A stretch of 64,000 nucleotides of DNA from Prorocentrum cordatum (GCA_963575745.1 CAUYUJ010000281.1:558001-622000), one strand, 5' to 3'; numbered from the stretch's first letter, positions 35,267 to 49,670 are shown. Numbers and translations: made by a program. The notes: a model not told the origin generated them from the letters alone.

Positions 35267-35451
35267 ACTGGTTGAGGTGGTGGTTGTGACGATGATGATA
35301 GTGATTATGGTGATGATGCTGATGATGATGCTGTTGATGGTGATGGTTAATTTGGTGACGATGACGATCATGATGTTGGGGATGAGGATGAGGATGATGG
35401 TGAAGCTGCTGAGGATGCTGCTGCTGCTGATGATGATGATGATGCTGCTGC

Positions 35452-35486
<35 letters not shown>

Positions 35487-35490
35487 GTCA
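34310..35490. repeat. Degenerate (GAT)n microsatellite block
   Basis: Directly visible. Confidence 0.95.
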
Positions 35491-36229
35491 TGAGGAGGAG
35501 GTGGAGGAGGAGGAAGAGAAGGAACATGGGGTTGATGGGTTGGATGGTGAGAGGATGGAGGATACTTAATGAGAAAAAGGATACTGATCAGGAGGAAAGG
35601 GAAAAGAAGGAGGGGAAACATGAGAAGGGGGGAGGAGGGAGGACAAGGAGAAGGAGGGCAGAGCAGGAGGGGGAAGTCCTCGTTTGGGAACGTTCGAGGA
35701 CGACGATGGGGAGGATGGGGAGGAGGGGACAGCAGGAGGAGGATCGAGGAGAAGTAGACGTATAGCCACGAGGAGGCGGAGGAATAACAGGGTGTTCCGA
35801 GGATTTCGGAACCTTTGGGTGATTTTCAAAAGGCTGAGGAGGAGTGGGGAAGAAGGGAAGAGGAGTCTCGAGGACAAGGGGGTGGGGGAAGGACGAGGGG
35901 AACATCAGGAGGAAGTTCGGTGCTGTGCTCCATGGGTGGGCGATTCTTGCCTCAGAAGATTGCATGCCCAGGCACGCTGGCCAAATGGCCAAGGCGCCGC
36001 CGCTCCCGGAGCGCGCTCCAAGGGCGGCGAGCGCGCATCGAGGCCCCACCCCGACACGCGGGCGGGCGGGAAACCGAGGCTCCCCCGCCGCTTCGCCCAA
36101 GTTACCGAGAGGGCGGCCCAGCTTGCAGCCTGGCTTACCTCCGTCCACGCCGGAACGTTGCCGTCCCAGCAGGCGCAGCCGCAACGGCCTTCTTGTTGTT
36201 GAAGGCTCGTGCGGCGGCCGAGTGCCCAG

Positions 36230-36420
36230 GAAAAAGGCCTCCCCCAAGGTCTGGAGAGTCTGCGCCCCCGCGCTGCCGACGCGGTGCCGACAGGGTACTC
36301 GCAGGGCGCGGAGCTGGGAGGTGGCGACCGCGCCACACGTGGCGCACTGCCAGAGGCGGCACACCTCGCGGAAGGACACAGCGTGAGCGGGATGAGACGT
36401 GAGACGTCCGAGCTCGAGAG
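36230..36420 (-). pseudogene. Possible C-terminal Cys/His motif of a decayed non-LTR element
   Basis: HPAHAVSFREVCRLWQCATCGAVATSQLRALRVPC (H-x-CxxC-x-C); same strand as, and downstream of, the remnant at 38200-38900. Confidence 0.45.
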
Positions 36421-37057
36421 GCTCACGGCACCTCACGTCGCCCGGCCGCGCGGGCTGCGAGCGCTCGGGCCCGCGGCACGTCGATCGGCGGAGCGAGGGC
36501 GAGGGCGCGAGGGCGGATGCGGCAGCCCGCGCGCGGCGCCGCGGCAGGTGCACCCCGGCCTGGCCGGGCCGACGTGCGCGCCGCGGGGCGGAGGCCGCCT
36601 GCCTGCGCGCGGCCAGGGCGGGACTGGCCCGGGCCGCCCGAGGCGAGCGGCGACGAGGGGCGGCGCCCGCTGCGGGCCCCCCGCGGGGCAGCGTCCAGCG
36701 CGGCGGCGCCCCGCCGCTGCTGCACGGGGGCGGCCCGCGGCCCCCGCGCCTCTCAGGCTCGGCGGAGGACCGCACGACGCGGCCGGGGAGCACCCGCGCC
36801 GCCGCCTCGCCCGCGAGGGCGCCCGCGCACCCCCGCGCCGAGGAGGGCGGGCCGGGACTCCGCGCCCTCCTCGGCGGCTCCGCCTGGCGGCCACGTGGGC
36901 TCTCGACCTGCGGCGCCTGCACCTCGCGCCCAGGCCTGGCAAGCTCGGCGGCCAGCACGCGCTCCCCGCCGCACGGCGCGCCAGAAGCCCCGCGCCACGC
37001 ACGAGCTGTGCGTGGCGAAGGGGGCCAGCCGCGCAGCCTGGCTGTCCTCCAGGAATC

Positions 37058-37208
37058 AAGGGGCCCAAGGACACACAAATAAATACACACAAATAACAAT
37101 ATCCCCCATATTCTCCCCTATTGTCTGGGTTTCTGCCTTCCCCCCCACTTCTCATATTTTCATATATTTTCCTGGGAGTCGACGATTAATTGTGTCTGTG
37201 TGTTTTTT
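37058..37208. mobile_element. Short interspersed repeat family A, copy 2, truncated at its T-run by the next element
   Basis: Matches 28474-28637 up to TGTGTCTGTGTGTTTTTT; lacks the CCCCTCCTG end. Confidence 0.7.
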
Positions 37209-38116
37209 ACCTAACAGCTTTTGCTGATAGGTTTCTAGTAGGGTCAAAAGAAAGCATCTGGACTCCACAGGGGGGCTGGGCGGGTGCCGGGGAGGAGAAC
37301 CGGGAATCGTTTCTCGCCAACAGTCACACACTTCGTGCTCTTCGACCTCCCAGAACTCCATTCCCGGGCCACATTCTGGAGAACCGGGAACAGAGCCGGG
37401 ATCGTTTTTTCGCAAACAGTCACACACTTCGTGCTCTTCGTCCTCCCAGAACTCCATTCCCGGGCCACATTTTGGATGCCCGGAGCCAACTGTAGGCCAC
37501 TTCGTGCTCTTCGACTTCCCAGAACTCCATTCCCGGTGCCAGCCACTCCATTGGATGCCCGGAGCCAACTGTAGGCCACTTCGTGTTCTTCTATTTCCCA
37601 GAACTCCATTCCTGGGCCACATTTTGAATGCTGAGGCAGGCTGATGCTGCGGCCGAGGCAGGCTGAGGCTGAGGCAGGCTGAGGCTGAGGCCGAGGCTGA
37701 AGGCAGACTGAGGCTGAGGCTGAAGCAGCTGAGGCTGAGGCTGAGGCAGGCTGAGGCTGAGGCTGAGGCAGGCTGATGCTGAGGCAGGCTGAGGCTGAGG
37801 CTGAGGCTGATGCAGGCTGAGGCTGAGGCAGCTGAGGCTGACGCCGAGGCTGAAGGCAGACTGAGGCTGAGGCTGAAGCAGGCTGAGGCTGAGGCTGAGG
37901 CAGGCTGAGGCTGAGGCAGGCTGAGGCTGAGGCTGAGGCAGGCTGAGGCTGAGGCTGTGACTGCGACTGCCGTTGCCGCTGCGACTGTCATCGCGAAAGC
38001 GACTACGACTGCGAGAACAGCAGAATTTTACAACTGGTTTTTCATCTGAATCTTAAGGGGAATGCTTTCATATATGCTTCTACACATCGCTGTTAGGTTG
38101 CTTTGCCGGGATAATT
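37203..38116 (+). mobile_element. Left arm of a large inverted repeat (satellite-containing element, family C)
   Basis: Reverse complement of 39280-40397; contains about 60-bp tandem repeats (CCAGAACTCCATTCCCGGGCCACAT) and a (GCTGAG)n tract; short internal IR ACCTAACAGC / GCTGTTAGGT. Confidence 0.85.
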
Positions 38117-38199
38117 GTCCCTCCTGAAGGAAGTCGGGGACGGCGCGCAGATCGCAGCTCGGCCCCGCCAGCGTGCCTGCCAACCCGGGGGCGATGCCC

Positions 38200-38900
38200 G
38201 TCGCGCGCTCGGGATCCGCCCGCGCGAGGCCATCGGCGACAGCGTCGAGGACGGCTGACCACGCTCCTCCAGATGCGGCGCCGAAGGCGAGCACCATCGC
38301 GCCGGCGGGGATACCGATGTGGCCTCCAGCCGGCACGATGTCCTCCACGTCGGGCGCCTCTGGGCTGTCAGCGCAGGCCAAGAGGGGGCGACCCCGCGGA
38401 GCCAGAGGCACAATTGCTCACGCACTCCTTGCTCCGCGTCGTCCTGCAGGTGCACGGGCTGGACACACGCGGCCAACCCCTGCTTGGCGGGGCACTCCCA
38501 GCAGCGATGCTAATCGGTCTCGACCACGCCCGTGTCGCAGCGCTGGCACAAGGGTGATGTACACGCCAGACCAGCATCCGCGATACGACCGCGCGTCCAC
38601 GAGCCCGCGACCATCTCAGCTCACATCGCCTCCAGCTCGCCAGGCAGGAAGCCTCGCCGCCTTAGGGCCCCAACGAAGGCCTTGGCCTGAGCCCACCAGC
38701 AGCCGCCCTCCAAGGCACGGCAATTCCAGTGGGCCGCCGCCTTCCGCCACACCCGCCTGGCCAGCGCTGTGGACAGGGCATCGCGGACGCCCCCGAAGTT
38801 CACCGAGTGGCCCTCGTCCAGAGAGGCCTCGTCGTGGGCGTACACGTCTCCTTAAGCGCCAACCCAACAACACAGGGCTCCACGGTTTCCCAGCCGATGG
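38200..38900 (-). pseudogene. Decayed non-LTR retrotransposon fragment: post-RT zinc knuckle and possible start of RNase H
   Basis: AGSWTRGR..LCQRCDTGVVETD*HRCWECP..LWLRG with in-frame stops, then VLAFGAASGG in another frame (degenerate xDxSGG). Confidence 0.6.
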
Positions 38901-39279
38901 AGGCAAGGGTGTGGATGCGGCCTGAGACTACGCCGCGCACATGGCGCCGTCTGGCAGTGGGTGCGGCAGCGAGGACTCGATCCCTGGCCCGGGCCCGCGT
39001 CCAGTGAGCGGGCGCGACGACGTCGAAGCACCGGTCAGCTCGCGGCGACGCGCCCACGCCCTGGACGCCGTACTGCCACTTACGGGGCAATTTTTAATAC
39101 ATGGGATGGACGCCGTACTGCCACTTACAGGGCAGTTGCTAATACATGGGATTTTAAAACAAATATCAGGTTTTTAATACACGATTCATGTATGAATAAA
39201 TGCATGCATGAACTCATCGTTGTTTTTGATACTAAACCCCTGCGTATTTAGCACATGATCCGCACGCGGAGCATGTATA

Positions 39280-40397
39280 AATTATCCCGGCAAAGCAACC
39301 TAATAGCGATGTGTAGGAGCATATCTGGAAGCATTCCCCTTAAGATTCAGATGAGAATCCAGTTGTAGAATTCTGCTGTTCTCGCAGTCGTAGTCGCATT
39401 CGCGATGACAGTCGCAGTGGCAACGGCAGTCACAGTCACAGCCTCAGCCTCAGCCTGCCTCAGCCTCAGCCTCAGCCTGCCTCAGCCTCAGCCTGCCTCA
39501 GCCTCAGCCTCAGCCTGCTTCAGCCTCAGCCTCAGTCTGCCTTCAGCCTCGGCCTCAGCCTCAGCCTGCCTCAGCCTCAGCCTGCATCAGCCTCAGCCTC
39601 AGCCTCAGCCTGCCTCAGCATCAGCCTGCCTCAGCCTCAGCCTCAGCCTGCCTCAGCCTCAGCCTCAGCCTGCTTCAGCCTCAGCCTCAGTCTGCCTTCA
39701 GCCTCGGCCTCAGCCTCAGCCTGCCTCATCCTCAGCCTGCCTCAGCCTCAGCATCAGCCTGCCTCAGCATTCAAAATGTGGCCCGGGAATGGAGTTCCTG
39801 GAACTCGAAGAACACGAAGTGGCCTACAGTTGGCTCCGGGCATTCAAAATCATGCCCAGGAATGGAGTTCTGGGAACTCGAAGACCACGAAGTGGCCTAC
39901 AGTTGGCTCCGGGCATTGAAAATCATGCCCAGGAATGGAGTTCTGGGAACTCGAAGACCACGAAGTGGCCTACAATTGGCTCTGGGCATTGAAAATGTGG
40001 GCCCGAGAAATGAGTTCTGGGGACCTCTGAAGAAACACGAAGATAGGCCCTACGACAGTTGGCTCGGGCAATTCAAAATGTGGCCCGGAATGGCAGTTCT
40101 GGACTCGAAGAACCAGAAGAGGCCACCACTTGGCTCCGGGCATTCGAAATGTGGCCCGGGAATGGAATTCTGGGGACTCGAAGAGCACGAAGTGGCCTAC
40201 AGTTGGCTCCGGGCATTCAGAATGTGGCCCGGGAATGGAGTTCTGGGAGGTCGAAGAGCACGAAGTGTTTGACTGTTGGCTTAAAACGACTTCTGCGGCA
40301 CACTGTCCGGCACCCGCCCAGGCCCCCCTGTGGAGTCATCTGCTGCTCTCTTTTGACCCCACTAGAAACCTATCAGAACAAGCTGTTAGGTAAAAAC
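39280..40397 (-). mobile_element. Right arm of the large inverted repeat (family C)
   Basis: Mirror of 37203-38116 with more copies of the about 60-bp repeat. Confidence 0.85.
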
Positions 40398-41914
40398 GGC
40401 ACCGTAGCCACGGTGCCTGCCAGGGCCACCCGGCGTGCCGCGCGGCGCCCTGCCGCAGGCGGTGCATGGTGCGCAGAGCCCGCGCGCGGCGCCGCGCGTG
40501 CCGCAGGGGCCGGCGGGGGCGACCTCCTCCTCCTCCTCCTCCTCCTCCTCCTCCTCCACCACCACCTCCTCCTCCTCCTCCTCCTTCCGCTCCTCCTCCT
40601 CCTCCTCCTCCTCCTCCTCCCCTCCTCCTCCTCCTCCTCCTCCTCCTCCTCCTCCTCCTCCTCCTCCTCCTCCTCACACCCACCAGGGGGGGCGGATCCG
40701 CCCGACCCCGGCAGGGGGGGTCCCCAAGTCGACGGAGCACGGAGCCGGCGCGACCCACGGGGCACCCGCCGCGCGCACGCGGTGGCGCACCGGCGCGACC
40801 AGGGACGAGCCCGAGGACAGGAGGCGAGACTTGGAGGCGGCCGTCCGGGCCAGCTCGGCCACCCCCACGGCGAGGAAGCAGCCCGCCTCCGCCAGCGCGG
40901 GGGCCAGGCTAGTGGTGGCACCTTTAGCACGCTGCACCACGTCATCGGCCCAGGGAATAGAGTCATCGTGCAGGCCCATCAGAAGCCCATGGAGGAGACG
41001 CTCGGCGACGTTCTCCGATGAGCCATCTCTGGCCGGGAAGAGGAGAGGGATGAGGCGGTGGTGGAGGTGGAGGTGGAGGCGGCAGGAGAAAGAGGGGTGA
41101 TGAGGAGGAGGAGGAGGAGGACCGGAGTCTGCCCAAAATGCATCAACGATGCTGCAATACACCCTCCCGCCGACGGTTCCCTCCTCATGAACCGCTGCAA
41201 GGTAATTTTGTCACTACAGGCAGCGTCCCATCGGCATGCCAGCATCACAGGGGCCTGCCCTTCCGGCCAGAGTCCCGCTTCAACACGAGACTGGTCTGCA
41301 CCTTTCTGGCAAACGCTCGGGTATGACACAATGCACATTTCTACTCCGTCAAACCACGTGTCCAGTGATACCCCCGCTTTTTGAAGAGAAAAAAAAAGCA
41401 GCCGCACATGTGTGACAGGCCTGGCCGTTGCACGCCGAGGATGTCTCCAGCGGGGGCCCCGTTTTGGAAACGGAGCCGCCCTCCTCCCGCGCAGCTGCTG
41501 CACGAGCTCATACCTCGGGTCTCGAGGAGGCCCCAGGCGAGAGCCCCGTTTTTTCAAGCAGCCGTCCCCCACGCCTGAAATCTTGTTTCTTGGAGGGAGA
41601 AGGTGGGAGCGGACAGCACTGATTCACGCCACTGGCCTCGCCAGACGCGCCGACGGGAAAGCAAGCCCCCTGCAGAGTTGTCCTGCGAGCGTGGCCGAAA
41701 GGCTGGCAACGGGAACAGACAACCTGTACAAGCACGAGCAACTTTCGCTGGGGACGGGCCTCAAATCGAGCATAGGCCGGTACGAGCTACGCCGAAAACC
41801 TGTGAAGACTTATTCCCCATATCCTAAGGATTGGGGTTCTTGTTATTACTCTGACGCCTCCCACTGCTCCTCCTTCCTCCCGCTCGCGCCTCCCTCCTCC
41901 CAATGATAATCACC

Positions 41915-42227
41915 AGATAAGACAAGACAAGATAATATACTACAAGATAAGATAAGATAGCACAAGATATGATAAGGTAAGATAAGATATATGACAAGGT
42001 AGGATAATAGATAAGATAAGACAGCCTATGGAGTAATAAGATAAGACAAGATATGATGCGATAAGATGAGTTGATATAAGATAAGCTAAGACAAGATAAG
42101 AGATTTCAAGATAAGATAAGATAGAGGGTAATAAAGGTAAGATAAGATAGGACTCGATAAGATAAGATGAGACTCGCTCTCACTCAGACTCACTCACAGT
42201 CACATTCACTCACACTCACACTCTCTC
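41915..42227. repeat. (GATAA)n then (CACT)n microsatellites
   Basis: Directly visible. Confidence 0.9.
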
Positions 42228-43091
42228 ATGATCACAAAACGCTGCCAGGGGCATCATTTGGGAGCCCCAAGGGGAGCCACCCTGGCTGATCTCACGAGCC
42301 CGTTCGCGCCGATTTTGGTGGGACGTCTCAGCTAAAATTGCCGTTTGGCCTCCCCAACATGTCTCTCTTGAGAGCCTCATGGTCACAAAACGCTGCCAGG
42401 GGCATCATTTGGGAGCCCCAAGGGGGAGCCACCCTGGCTGATCTCACGAGCCCGTTCGCGCCGATTTTGGTGGGACGCCTCAGCTAGAATTGCCGTTTGG
42501 CCTCCCCAACATGTCTCTCTTGAGAGCCTCATGGTCACAAAACGCTGCCAGGGGCATCATTTGGGAGCCCCAAGGGGGAGCCACCCTGGCTGATCTCACG
42601 AGCCCGTTCGCGCCGATTTTGGTGGGACGCCTCAGCTAGAATTGCCGTTTGGCCTCCCCAACATGTATCTCTTGAGAGCCTCATGGTCACAAAACGCTGC
42701 CAGGGGCATCATTTGGGAGCCCCAAGGGGGAGCCACCCTGGCTGATCTCACGAGCCCGTTCGCGCCGATTTTGGTGGGACGTCTCAGCTAAAATTGCCGT
42801 TTGGCCTCCCCAACATGTCTCTCTTGAGAGCCTCATGGTCACAAAACGCTGCCAGGGGCATCATTTGGGAGCCCCAAGGGGGAGCCACCCTGGCTGATGT
42901 CACGAGCCCGTTCGCGCCGATTTTGGTGGGACGTCTCAGCTAAAATTGCCGTTTGGCCTCCCCAACATGTCTCTCTTGAGAGCCTCATGGTCACAAAACG
43001 CTGCCAGGGGCATCATTTGGGAGCCCCAGGGGGGGTCCACCAGGGGCTTCATAGTCACCAAACGCTGCCAGGGGCAACATTTTGGCTTCCC
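42228..43091. repeat. Tandem array of a 152-bp unit: five near-identical copies plus partial and diverged copies
   Basis: ATG(G/A)TCACAAAACGCTGCC starts at 42228, 42379, 42531, 42683, 42835 and 42987. Confidence 0.95.
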
Positions 43092-43124
43092 AGAGAGGAG
43101 TCGACCCGGGCCTCCTAGTCCGCC

Positions 43125-44030
<906 letters not shown>

Positions 44031-46523
44031 CAGCTCAGTCACACTTAAATCCAGATTCGTCCTCACCGAGTCCCACCACCAAGGGAGCGCCAGCAAGGAG
44101 ATGCACATATGGGGATCCCCACGCAGTGAATAATTAAGACTCCAAACCGACCAAACATGGGGCTGGCGGAGGCTACCCTGGGTTTCTTGATAAGCGTGGG
44201 GGGGTACCCCCCCGACGGGGGTCAACCTCGCCTCGTCGTCGTGCCGCGACGGGGGTCGGAGCGCCTTCGGCGCACGGTGGCTGCCCGCGACTGGGGTCGG
44301 TGTGGGGCTGTCGGCGGAGGTGGCGCCCCCCCAGCGCTTATTAAGAAACTCGGACTAGGCCTGAGCGAGCGCAACGTCGGCGAGCGACGCCTCTTACGCA
44401 GCCGCTTCGCGGGCCGCATCGCCCCCCCAGGCCACTGCGTCGGGAGGAGGGGGGGGGACACCTGCTGAATAGTGAGAGGCCAGCGTCTGGCGAGGACGCG
44501 CGCGGGGGGGCGGCCTCAGGCCGGTACACCCAAGAAACTCCTCCTCCTCCTCCTCCTCCTCCTCCTCCTCCTCCTCCTCCTCCTCCTCCTCCTCCTCCTC
44601 CTCCTCCCCCTCCCTCCCTCCTCCACCCTCCGCCCTCCTCCCACTCCTCCTCCTCCTCGATCCTCCTCCTCCTCCTCCTCCTCCTCCTCCTCCTCCTCCT
44701 CCTCCTCCTCCCTCTCCTCCTCCTTGGTAAACTGTTGGGACGACCTGCGCGCGGCGCGAAGGCGAGAACCCCCCTTCTTGCAGCCGGGCGCCCTCCGTCC
44801 GGGTTGCCTGCCGCAGGCTTCTCGGACGACTGCGCGCGGCGCCGGGGGCGCAGGAGCCCCTGGTCTGCAAGGGAGCCGCCAGCCGTCCTCGCAACAGCTG
44901 CACGCTTTCGAGACGAGCCTGCGAGCTCCGTGTTTTTGTGGTGACCAAAAACACGACCTCCTAGACGCCGGCAGCCGGTGCACACTTGTGCGACACATGT
45001 GTGCGAAGCCGGGGTGGGAGCTCCGTTTTGAAGGCACCCCCCTCGATCATCATGGTTGCTGCAAGCTGACACAAGGGGATGTCCGCGGCGCGAAGTCGAG
45101 AGTCCAAATTTGAAGCGCTGCACCCTCATACTTGGCACAGGCTTTGAAATCGGGTGTGCGCGGCGCTAAGGCGAGCGATCCATGTTGAACACGGCATGTG
45201 CTCCATCCTTGTGAATGCTGGATATGCCAAGCTTCGGAACCATGGGTTAAAGCCAAGCCAGTCTCTGGCGAAAAGCCCAGCCACACCTACTGACACGTCT
45301 AGGGGTGCGACAGAGAGGAGTTATCTAGGAGGACGAGGGATGGGGAAAGCGGTGGAGGAACAAGGAGGAGGATGTGGAGATGGGGAGACAGGAGGAGGCT
45401 CCAATTGTCCGTGTCCTCGATTCCTGTTTCCGATTGTCCCGTCCCCGCCCCGTCCGATCCGCCGCGTTCGCACTTCCTACGCGGCTGGTCCTTTCCTCAT
45501 CGCCTGCTCCGACTCCTCCCCCTCCTCCACCATCTTCCCCATCTTTTCGTCCTCCTCGCCCGCTCAGTCATCCGCCCTCAGTCCCCCATTCCCCCTCCGC
45601 CGCCCGTGGGGCGCTTCGACACATGCCATCGCTCGGACGCCCATTCCCCCTGCATGCTTCGCTGCCGTGCGCTCTTCGTTCTCGCCGGGTGGCCCGCTGC
45701 GCGTGGCGCGCGCTTGCGCCCCCTTCGGCACCGAGGCGCCGGGCGGACGTGCTGCGATGCTGGATCGAAGTCTTCGAGCTTCGAGCTGAGAGCAGGGAGC
45801 GAACCTTACTGCTGCAGTCGGGGCCAAGCGGGGCTGTGAGATCCACTGCCTCCACCTCCTCGCCCGTCACTACCTCCACACCTCCACCTTCCGCCCTCGC
45901 CGCCTCCCGATTCCCTCCTCTTCGAAGGCCCCCCGGGGGCCTTCTGCGGACCCCCCGAGGACCTCGAAGTTCATCGAAAACCTCCGAGAGCCTGTCTGCA
46001 ATCATTTCCCCCTGCGGTCGAAGGTGATCGTGCAGATGCGCGGCGAGGACGCAGGCCCCTTGGACGCCCATGGCGAAGCTCTTCGAGCGGGGCCGGCCAC
46101 CGAGAGTGGTTAGGGATGGACCGAAGAGGCACGGATGCAAGGGTACACTTGGAAAGGATGCAGGATGGAGGAAGGGGCGGAGGAGGAGGAAGAGGAGGAG
46201 GAGGCGGAGGAGCAGGAGGAACAGGAGAGGGATGAGCAGGAGGAGGAGGAGGAGGAGGAGGAAGCGGAGGAAGCGGAGGAGGAGGCGGGCGCCCTCGCCG
46301 CTCAGCTCAGGTGAAGACCAACATGCGCCGGGTGAAGCAGCGCGCCGCGCACGGCGGGAGGCAGGATGCAGGATGGACCGAAGAGGCACGGATGCAGGGG
46401 TACACTGGGCACGGATGGACCGAAGAGGCAAGGATGCAGGGGTGCACGTGGAAAGGTGGCCCATCCTTATCAACGGTGTCGACTCTATCCCCCTCGGATG
46501 TGTTCTGTAGCGGCTCGCTTCTG

Positions 46524-46760
46524 TGAGGGGGCCCCAGGACACACAAATACATACACACAAATGGAAACATTCCCCATATTTTCCCATATTTTCTGGGTTT
46601 TTGTCTTCCCCCCCACTTCCCATATGTTCCCATATTTTCCAATATGTTCATATACTTTCTGGGTTTTTGTCTCCCCCCACTTCCCATATTTTCCAATATT
46701 TTCCTATATTTTCCTGGGAGTCGACAATTAATTGTGTCTGTGTGTTTTTTCCCCTCCTGA
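46524..46760. mobile_element. Short interspersed repeat family A, copy 3, with an internal duplication
   Basis: Same ends as the other copies; TTTCTGGGTTTTTGTCT(T)CCCCCCACTTCCCATAT occurs twice. Confidence 0.7.
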
Positions 46761-47077
46761 CACTCGGGGGCCCACACCAAAAACGGTGCGGTGACCACCC
46801 CGCGTGGTGGGTCGGTGGGAGCGCGGGGGGACCGCACGATTTTTGTTCGGGGCTGCGTCGTGCTCCGAGGACGTCTCGGGCGACCGGGGCGCGCAGTGCC
46901 CCCAGGAGCATGCGGTGGCAGACCATGCGCCGAGGTCTCCGCGGACTGCGAGGTAGCCGCTCGTTCTGCCACCGCACCCTTCGGGGACCCGCCCACGGCA
47001 CGCTCCGTCGGGGGGCGGGGCCCCGCACGACGGGCGCTGTCCGGTCCGAGGGGCCTGGTGCGCAGCGATATTCTCAC

Positions 47078-47169
47078 CAGCTCGACGACCCGCTCCAGCA
47101 GGCCCCCGTGGACGATGAGGTACGACTTCTGGTCGCGCACGACGGCGTCGTAGAACTCGCGGCGGAGGG
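47078..47169 (-). CDS. Host gene internal exon ((A)LRREFYDAVVRDQKSYLIVHGGLLERVVEL)
   Basis: All codons end in G/C; donor CTG|GTGAG phase 0; acceptor cgcccAG| phase 1 (an alternative phase-0 acceptor at 47200 adds TPRHLASLRPA). Confidence 0.75.
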
Positions 47170-49319
47170 CTGGGCGTAGGGAGGCGAGGTGCCGAGGCGT
47201 CTGGGAGGCATGCCGCTCCTTTGGGCTTCTGGGAGTCTCGACGAGCCGAGTGTGGCAACATTTGAAGGGGCCCTGACACACTCGGGACCGCTTTTTCGTC
47301 CTGAGTCGTTGTCTGACGCTCCCGAGGCCCGGCGAGGGCCCCCGCAGGCCGAAAACTGCCCAAGTCCCGCCGCTCCAATTTTTCCGGGGGAGGGGGGAGG
47401 GAGGAGGAGGAGGGAGGAGGAGGAGGAGGAGGAGGAGGAGGAGGAGGAGGAGGAGGAGGAGGAGGAGGAGGAGGAGGAGGAGGAGGAGGAGGAGGAGGAG
47501 GAGGAGGAGAGAGGAGAGGAGGAGGAGGAGGAGGAGGAAGCAGCCCCGGGCCCGGGTGCCGCCACGGCCAGGGGGGGGGGGATTCAGACCCCTGTAGTCG
47601 CACCCCCTGCGACCGGGCGCCCGGGCTGCGGCTGGGCCAGAGCAGGCGCCGCGACGGCCCTGGCCGCAGGGTGCGGCGGCGGCGCCCCGGCCGCCTGGCG
47701 CCCCCGCCCGGCGGCAGGGCGCGCGGGCCGCCCGACGCGCCGGGCGCGCGGGGGCGCGCGGCGCGGGCGCCCCTGCCGCCCCGGGCCCCCCCGGAGACAG
47801 CCCGGGCCGCCGCCCCGCCGCCGCCCCCGCCGCGCCTCGCCGCCGCCCCCGCCACCGACCGGCTGAGGGGGCCGGTGGACGGGGGGCCCTCCCAGGGCCC
47901 CCCGCGGCCGGCGCGGGCGCCGGTCCGCAGGGAGCGCTCGCCGAGTGCCCCGGGGGTCCCATCGGACTCGGGGACCCCCGGGGCCCCGCCTGCGGAGGAG
48001 GAGGAGGAGGAGGAAGAGGAGGAGGAGGAGGAGGAGGAGGAGGAGGAGGGGGGAGGATGCCCCGTGGGGGGCACACGCTAGCCGAGAGCAGCGCCTCCTG
48101 CCTGGCGCGACGAGCGCGCGGCGAGGCTCACCGAGATCCCCTGGCGGCGCCCGGGGCGGGCGGCCAGTGGCCGAGGAGGCGAGCGAGCGCGCGCGCCCCC
48201 CCCGCCGTCCCGGGGAGCGGTCGCGCGCCGGGAGCATGTGAAGAGGGCGGGCAGGCCCGTCCACACGAAGTCCTCCTCCTTCTCCTCCTCCTTCTCCTCC
48301 TCCTCCTCCTCCTCCTCCCTCTGGTGCTCCTCCTCCTCCTCCTCCTCCTCCTCCTCCTCCTCCTCCTCCTCCTCCTCCTCTCCTCCTCCTCCTCCTCCCT
48401 CTGGTGCGTTGCCTCCTCATCATTCTCATCATACCTCACGTCCCCCCCCTCCTCCTCCTCCCCCTCCTCCGCTCCGCCAACCTCCTCCACCTTATCCTCC
48501 GACTTCTCCTCCCCCTCCCCGTCCTGGCGAGACCCGTGCGAAGGCCTCCGAAGCCCGCCGAGGACCTCCGAACCCCCTCCGACAGCGTCCTCTGAGCCCC
48601 ACGAGGCCCCCGACAGCCTCCCGGGAGCCCTCCCCCCTCGGACGGCGGCGGCGGCGGCGGCCGCGGAGCCGCCGCACGCGGGCGGCGGCCCCGCCAGGTG
48701 GTGCCTCCTGCAGGCTCTTGGCGCTGCCGCGGCCGAACTTGGACAGGGGCACCTCTGCGCGCGCCCCCCCCCGCGCCTCGTCCTCCTCCCCCTCCTCCTC
48801 CTCCTCCTCCTCCTCCTCCTCCTCCTCCTCCTCCCCTCCTCCTCCTCCTCCTCCTCCTCCTCCTCCTCCTTCTCCTCCTCCTCCTCCTGGGGAGGAGCCC
48901 GGGCGGCGTGTGGGGAGCGGGAGGGGTGCCCGAGGCCAAGTGCGCGAACAGACCGAGCACCGCTGCCACTGCAGTGCGTGATGGCACTGGTGTCCCTCGC
49001 CCTCCTTCTTCCAGACCTCCCGCGCTGACCTTTCACACCCTTGCGTTTCGCGAGACGCTGAATTTTCTTAAGCTTCCGGAGGCGTTCAACCATTCGAATG
49101 CATCATCTTCCGCGCCTTCCGCGCAGGTCGGAAGGCATGGAAGGGAGGTGGAGGGTTTGGCACACTTGAACCGGGCATCGTGGCCGCTGCAGCGCGGGAT
49201 TGCACACTCTTTGCAAGGGTGCCTCCCGAGATCTCCGACGACGTGTTCTGTTTCAGTCCGGGCGTGCGTCCTCGATGTCGGTGCCGCCCGCCTGCCAGGG
49301 CCCAGGAGCTCGGTGGCAA

Positions 49320-49670
49320 TGCTTCGGTGGAGCTCACTGTGGGCCCACGACACGCTGTACTGGGGGGGGGGGGGGGACGCCTGCGGACGGTTCCACTGGG
49401 GCCTTCGTCGGAGCTCCGTGTGGGGCCACGAAGCGCTGTGCTAGGTGGGGGGGGGCGCGCATGCGGGCGGTAGCACTGGGGCCGTCGGTGGAGCTCCCTG
49501 TGGGGCCACGAAGCGCTGCACTGGGTGACGCTATCAGTGACCTTCGGTGGAGCCCCCCCATGTGGCCACGAAGCGCTGTCATGGGTGGGGGGTGCGCATG
49601 CGGGCGGGAGCAATTCGCGCCGTCGGCGGCGCTCCCTACGGGGCCACGAGACGCTGCACTGGGCGACCCA
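49320..49670. repeat. Degenerate minisatellite (GGGGCCTTCGGTGGAGCTCCCTATGGGGCCACGAAGCG family)
   Basis: Same motif family recurs at 59450-60560 and 63700-63970. Confidence 0.8.

Noticed and set aside
34310..35490. Poly-Met, poly-Asp, poly-His or poly-Ile proteins (also 21530-22370 and 50500-51400)
   Set aside because: Translations of (GAT/CAT)n microsatellites.
42228..43091. Possible CRISPR array
   Set aside because: Whole 152-bp units repeat with no unique spacers; no cas genes; eukaryotic context.
45963..46011. Possible exon GEMIADRLSEVFDELR
   Set aside because: Ends in phase 1, breaking the in-phase join of the flanking exons; lower GC3.
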